Of a DNA stretch of 64,000 nucleotides, positions 61,382 through 64,000 are shown one piece after another. Source of the DNA: an uncultured Candidatus Rokubacteria bacterium (lineage in GTDB: Bacteria; Methylomirabilota; Methylomirabilia; Rokubacteriales; CSP1-6); assembly GCA_963747235.1 (NCBI GenBank), contig CAVVEU010000024.1, positions 736,001 to 800,000 of the forward strand, read 5' to 3'. The notes under the pieces are model-generated. The model made no database searches and was not told where the DNA came from. It saw only the letters and a program-made list of their open reading frames with translations. Position 1 is the first letter of the stretch. Every line of letters starts with the position of its first letter. The translations under genes and the position numbers were made by a program.

Positions 61382-62381
61382 TGCGGCTGCCGCCGTTCAC
61401 GTATCTGGCGCCGGTGTCGGTGGCCGACGCGGTCAAGCTCATGGCCGATCACGGGCCCGAGGCCATGCTGGTGGCCGGCGGCACGGATCTCTACCCGAAC
61501 ATGAAGCGTCGCCAGTTCGAGCCCACGGTGCTGGTGGGGCTGCGCGGCGTCCGCGACCTGGCCGGCGTGCGGCAGCCGGGCGCGGGCGCGCTCGCGATCG
61601 GCGCGGGGACGACGCTCACCGCGGTCGCGCGCCACCCCGAGGTGCGCGCGCAGCTACGCGGCGCTGGCCACCGCGGCGGGCGCGGTCTCCACGCCGCAGC
61701 TCCGCAACATGGGCACGCTCGGCGGCAACGTGTGCGTGGACACGCGCTGCAACTACTACAACCAGTCGTACCAGTGGCGGAAGGCGGTCAACTTCTGCAT
61801 GAAGAAGGACGGCGAGATCTGCCTCGTGGCGCCGGGCAGCCCGCGCTGCTGGGCCGTGTCCTCGTCGGACACCGCGCCCACGCTCTGGAGCCTGGGCGCG
61901 AGCGTGCGGCTGGCCGGCCCCGCCGGCGAGCGCATCATCCCGATCTCGGCGCTCTACCAGGACGACGGCATCCAGTACCTGACCAAGCAGCCGGGAGACA
62001 TCGTGACCGAGATCGTGCTGCCCCCCGCCGACGGCGCCCGCTCCATCTATCTCAAGCTGCGCCGCCGCGGCTCGTTCGACTTCCCGGTGCTGGGCGTCGC
62101 GGCCACGCTGCACATGGACGGCGACACCGTGCGGCAGGCCCGCATCGTGCTGGGCGCGGTGGCGTCGCAGCCGCGCGAGGCGCGTGGAAGCCGCCCGCGT
62201 GCTGGTCGGCGAGCGCCTCACGCCCGAGCTGATCGACCGCGCGGCCGATGCCGCGTACCGGCCCGCGAAGCCGCTCGACAACACCGATCTGACGCACCCG
62301 TACCGCAAGAAGATGGTGCGCGTCTACGTGGCGCGCGCGCTGCGACGCCTGGCCGGCCTGCCGGACGAGGCGGAGGCATGA
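61378..62381 (+). CDS. hcrB: 4-hydroxybenzoyl-CoA reductase-like beta FAD/[4Fe-4S] subunit (indels near 61650, 62180)
   Basis: AGGTDLYPN; Cys-rich insert DTRCNYYNQSYQWR...CMKKDGEIC...RCWA, diagnostic of HcrB-type subunits. Confidence 0.8.
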
Positions 62382-62926
62382 CCGCGCTCGGCCAGCGCAT
62401 CAAGGCCTTCCGCGCCGAGCGGGCGCTCCAGCAGCGCCAGCTCGCCGAGAAGGCCGGCCTCACCGCGAGCATGCTGTCGCAGATCGAGTCGGGGCGCCTG
62501 ACCCCGTCGCTGCCGACCCTGGGCAAGCTCGCGGCCGCCCTGGGCGTGTCCATCGGCGCGCTCTTCGAGCCGGCCCCGGCCGGGCGGCTCCTGGTGAGCC
62601 GGAAGGCCGACTACCCGGTGGTGTCCTTCGACGGCACCACCGAGAAGTGGCACGTGTTGGGGGCCGGGCTCTTCCAGGGTAAGATCCGGGCGGTGATGTC
62701 CACGCTCGGGCCGCGGTCGCGGGGCGTGAAGACGGACAAGGTGGTCATCGAGCCGGGGCAGATGAAGCTCTTCTACGTGATCGAGGGCAAGGTGGCCCTG
62801 CAGTACAACGGCGACAGCCACGTGCTCGAGGCGGGCGACAGCGCCTATCTCGACGGCGGCACCACGCACGGCTGGGAGAACGTGGGATCCAGGATCGCCA
62901 AGGTGCTGTGGGTGATCCTCGGCTAG
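62378..62926 (+). CDS. XRE-family HTH-cupin transcriptional regulator
   Basis: LAEKAGLTASMLSQIESG..PSL.TL.KLA.ALGV; C-terminal cupin (LEAGDSAY...HGWEN). Confidence 0.9.
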   Translation: MTALGQRIKAFRAERALQQRQLAEKAGLTASMLSQIESGRLTPSLPTLGKLAAALGVSIGALFEPAPAGRLLVSRKADYPVVSFDGTTEKWHVLGAGLFQGKIRAVMSTLGPRSRGVKTDKVVIEPGQMKLFYVIEGKVALQYNGDSHVLEAGDSAYLDGGTTHGWENVGSRIAKVLWVILG

Positions 62927-62936
62927 AGGAGAGGTC

Positions 62937-64000
62937 ATGGGCGACGGCGCGCGCGTGGTGGTCGACTTCCGGACGGACCCGAGCCGGTACAAGCACTGGA
63001 AGCTGTCCTTCGACGGCCCGGTGGCGACGCTCGCCATGGACGTCAGGGAGGACGGCGGGCTCGTGCCCGGCTACGAGCTCAAGCTCAACTCCTACGATCT
63101 CGGGGTGGACATCGAGCTCTACGACGCCATCCAGCGGCTGCGCTTCGAGCATCCCGAGATCGGCGCGGTCGTCCTCACCTCCGGCAAGGAGCGGATCTTC
63201 TGCGCGGGCGCCAATATCCGGATGCTGAGCCAGTCCTCGCACGGCTGGAAGGTGAACTTCTGCAAGTTCACCAACGAGACGCGCAGCGCGATCGAGGACG
63301 CCACCACGAGCTCGCGCCAGGTCTGGCTCACCGCGGTGAACGGGCCCTGCGCGGGCGGCGGCTACGAGCTGGCGCTGGCCACCGACTGGATCATCATGTC
63401 CGACGACGGCTCCACCACGGTGGCGCTACCCGAGGTGCCGCTGCTCGCGGTGCTGCCGGGCACCGGCGGCCTCACGCGGCTGGTGGACAAGCGCCGGGTG
63501 CGCCGCGACCGCGCCGACTTCTTCTGCACGCTGGAGGAGGGCATCAAGGGCCAGCGCGCGGTGGAGTGGCGGCTGGTGGACGAGGTGGTGCCGCGCTCGC
63601 GCCTGGCCGAGGCCACGAAGGCGCGGGCGGGCGAGCTGGCCGCGCGCACCGACCGCCCCGCGGGCGCGCGCGGCATCGCGCTCGCGCCGCTCGAGCGCGC
63701 GCATCGAGGGCGATCGCATCGCGTACGCCCACGTCGCCTGCGCGATCGACCGCGAGCGGGGCGTGGCCGAGATCACGGTGGCCGCGCCCGCGACGCCGCC
63801 CCCGGCGGACCCGGCGGGCATCCACGCCGCGGGCGGGAGCTTCTGGCCGCTCGCGGTCGCGCGGGAGCTCGACGACCTGATCCTGCACCTCCGCGCCAAC
63901 GAGGAGGAGATCGGCCTCTGGGTGCTGCGGACCACCGGCGCCGCGGATCTGGTGGAGGCCCACGACCGGGCGCTGGCTGCAGCACGAGGCGGACTGGCTC
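62937..64000 (+). CDS. boxC: 2,3-epoxybenzoyl-CoA dihydrolase BoxC (partial; indel near 63700)
   Basis: Hand translation: VDFRTDPSRYKHWKL...GYELKLNSYDLGVDIELYDAIQRLRFEHP...FCAGANI...WKVNFCKFTNETR. Confidence 0.9.
   Translation, partial: MGDGARVVVDFRTDPSRYKHWKLSFDGPVATLAMDVREDGGLVPGYELKLNSYDLGVDIELYDAIQRLRFEHPEIGAVVLTSGKERIFCAGANIRMLSQSSHGWKVNFCKFTNETRSAIEDATTSSRQVWLTAVNGPCAGGGYELALATDWIIMSDDGSTTVALPEVPLLAVLPGTGGLTRLVDKRRVRRDRADFFCTLEEGIKGQRAVEWRLVDEVVPRSRLAEATKARAGELAARTDRPAGARGIALAPLERAHRGRSHRVRPRRLRDRPRAGRGRDHGGRARDAAPGGPGGHPRRGRELLAARGRAGARRPDPAPPRQRGGDRPLGAADHRRRGSGGGPRPGAGCSTRRTG

Noticed and set aside
58972-62232. HcrA-HcrB fusion and HcrC read-through ORFs
   Set aside because: The junctions are ATGA overlaps in an indel-rich region; separate subunits are more parsimonious.

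Overview
High-GC bacterial chromosomal segment with many single-base indels that also hit housekeeping genes (queA, ruvC), most likely long-read assembly errors. Gene content suggests a non-actinobacterial soil lineage such as Rokubacteria/Methylomirabilota (inference only). In order: a Pup-proteasome operon (arc-dop-prcB-prcA-pafA) with no pup at its usual position; a peptide ABC transporter; a housekeeping block (yebC-ruvCAB-spoIID-csaA-queA-tgt-yajC-secDF-relA, rpmB, recG-rsmD-coaD); an orphan AbiEi-type regulator followed by two tiny Lys-rich ORFs; organic-acid/aromatic catabolic genes; a form I aerobic CO dehydrogenase (coxMSL) led by an IS630-like HTH gene; and an hcrCAB-like operon continuing into boxC. 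The most striking unexplained signal is a family of three ~172-175 bp non-coding elements (11387-11561, 18738-18909, 34303-34476). Each has 37-42 bp terminal inverted arms that differ between copies yet pair almost perfectly within each copy, around a conserved core. Each sits just after a stop codon in the same orientation. At least two have a one-sided, strand-specific synonymous G/T-enrichment halo in the neighbouring gene.
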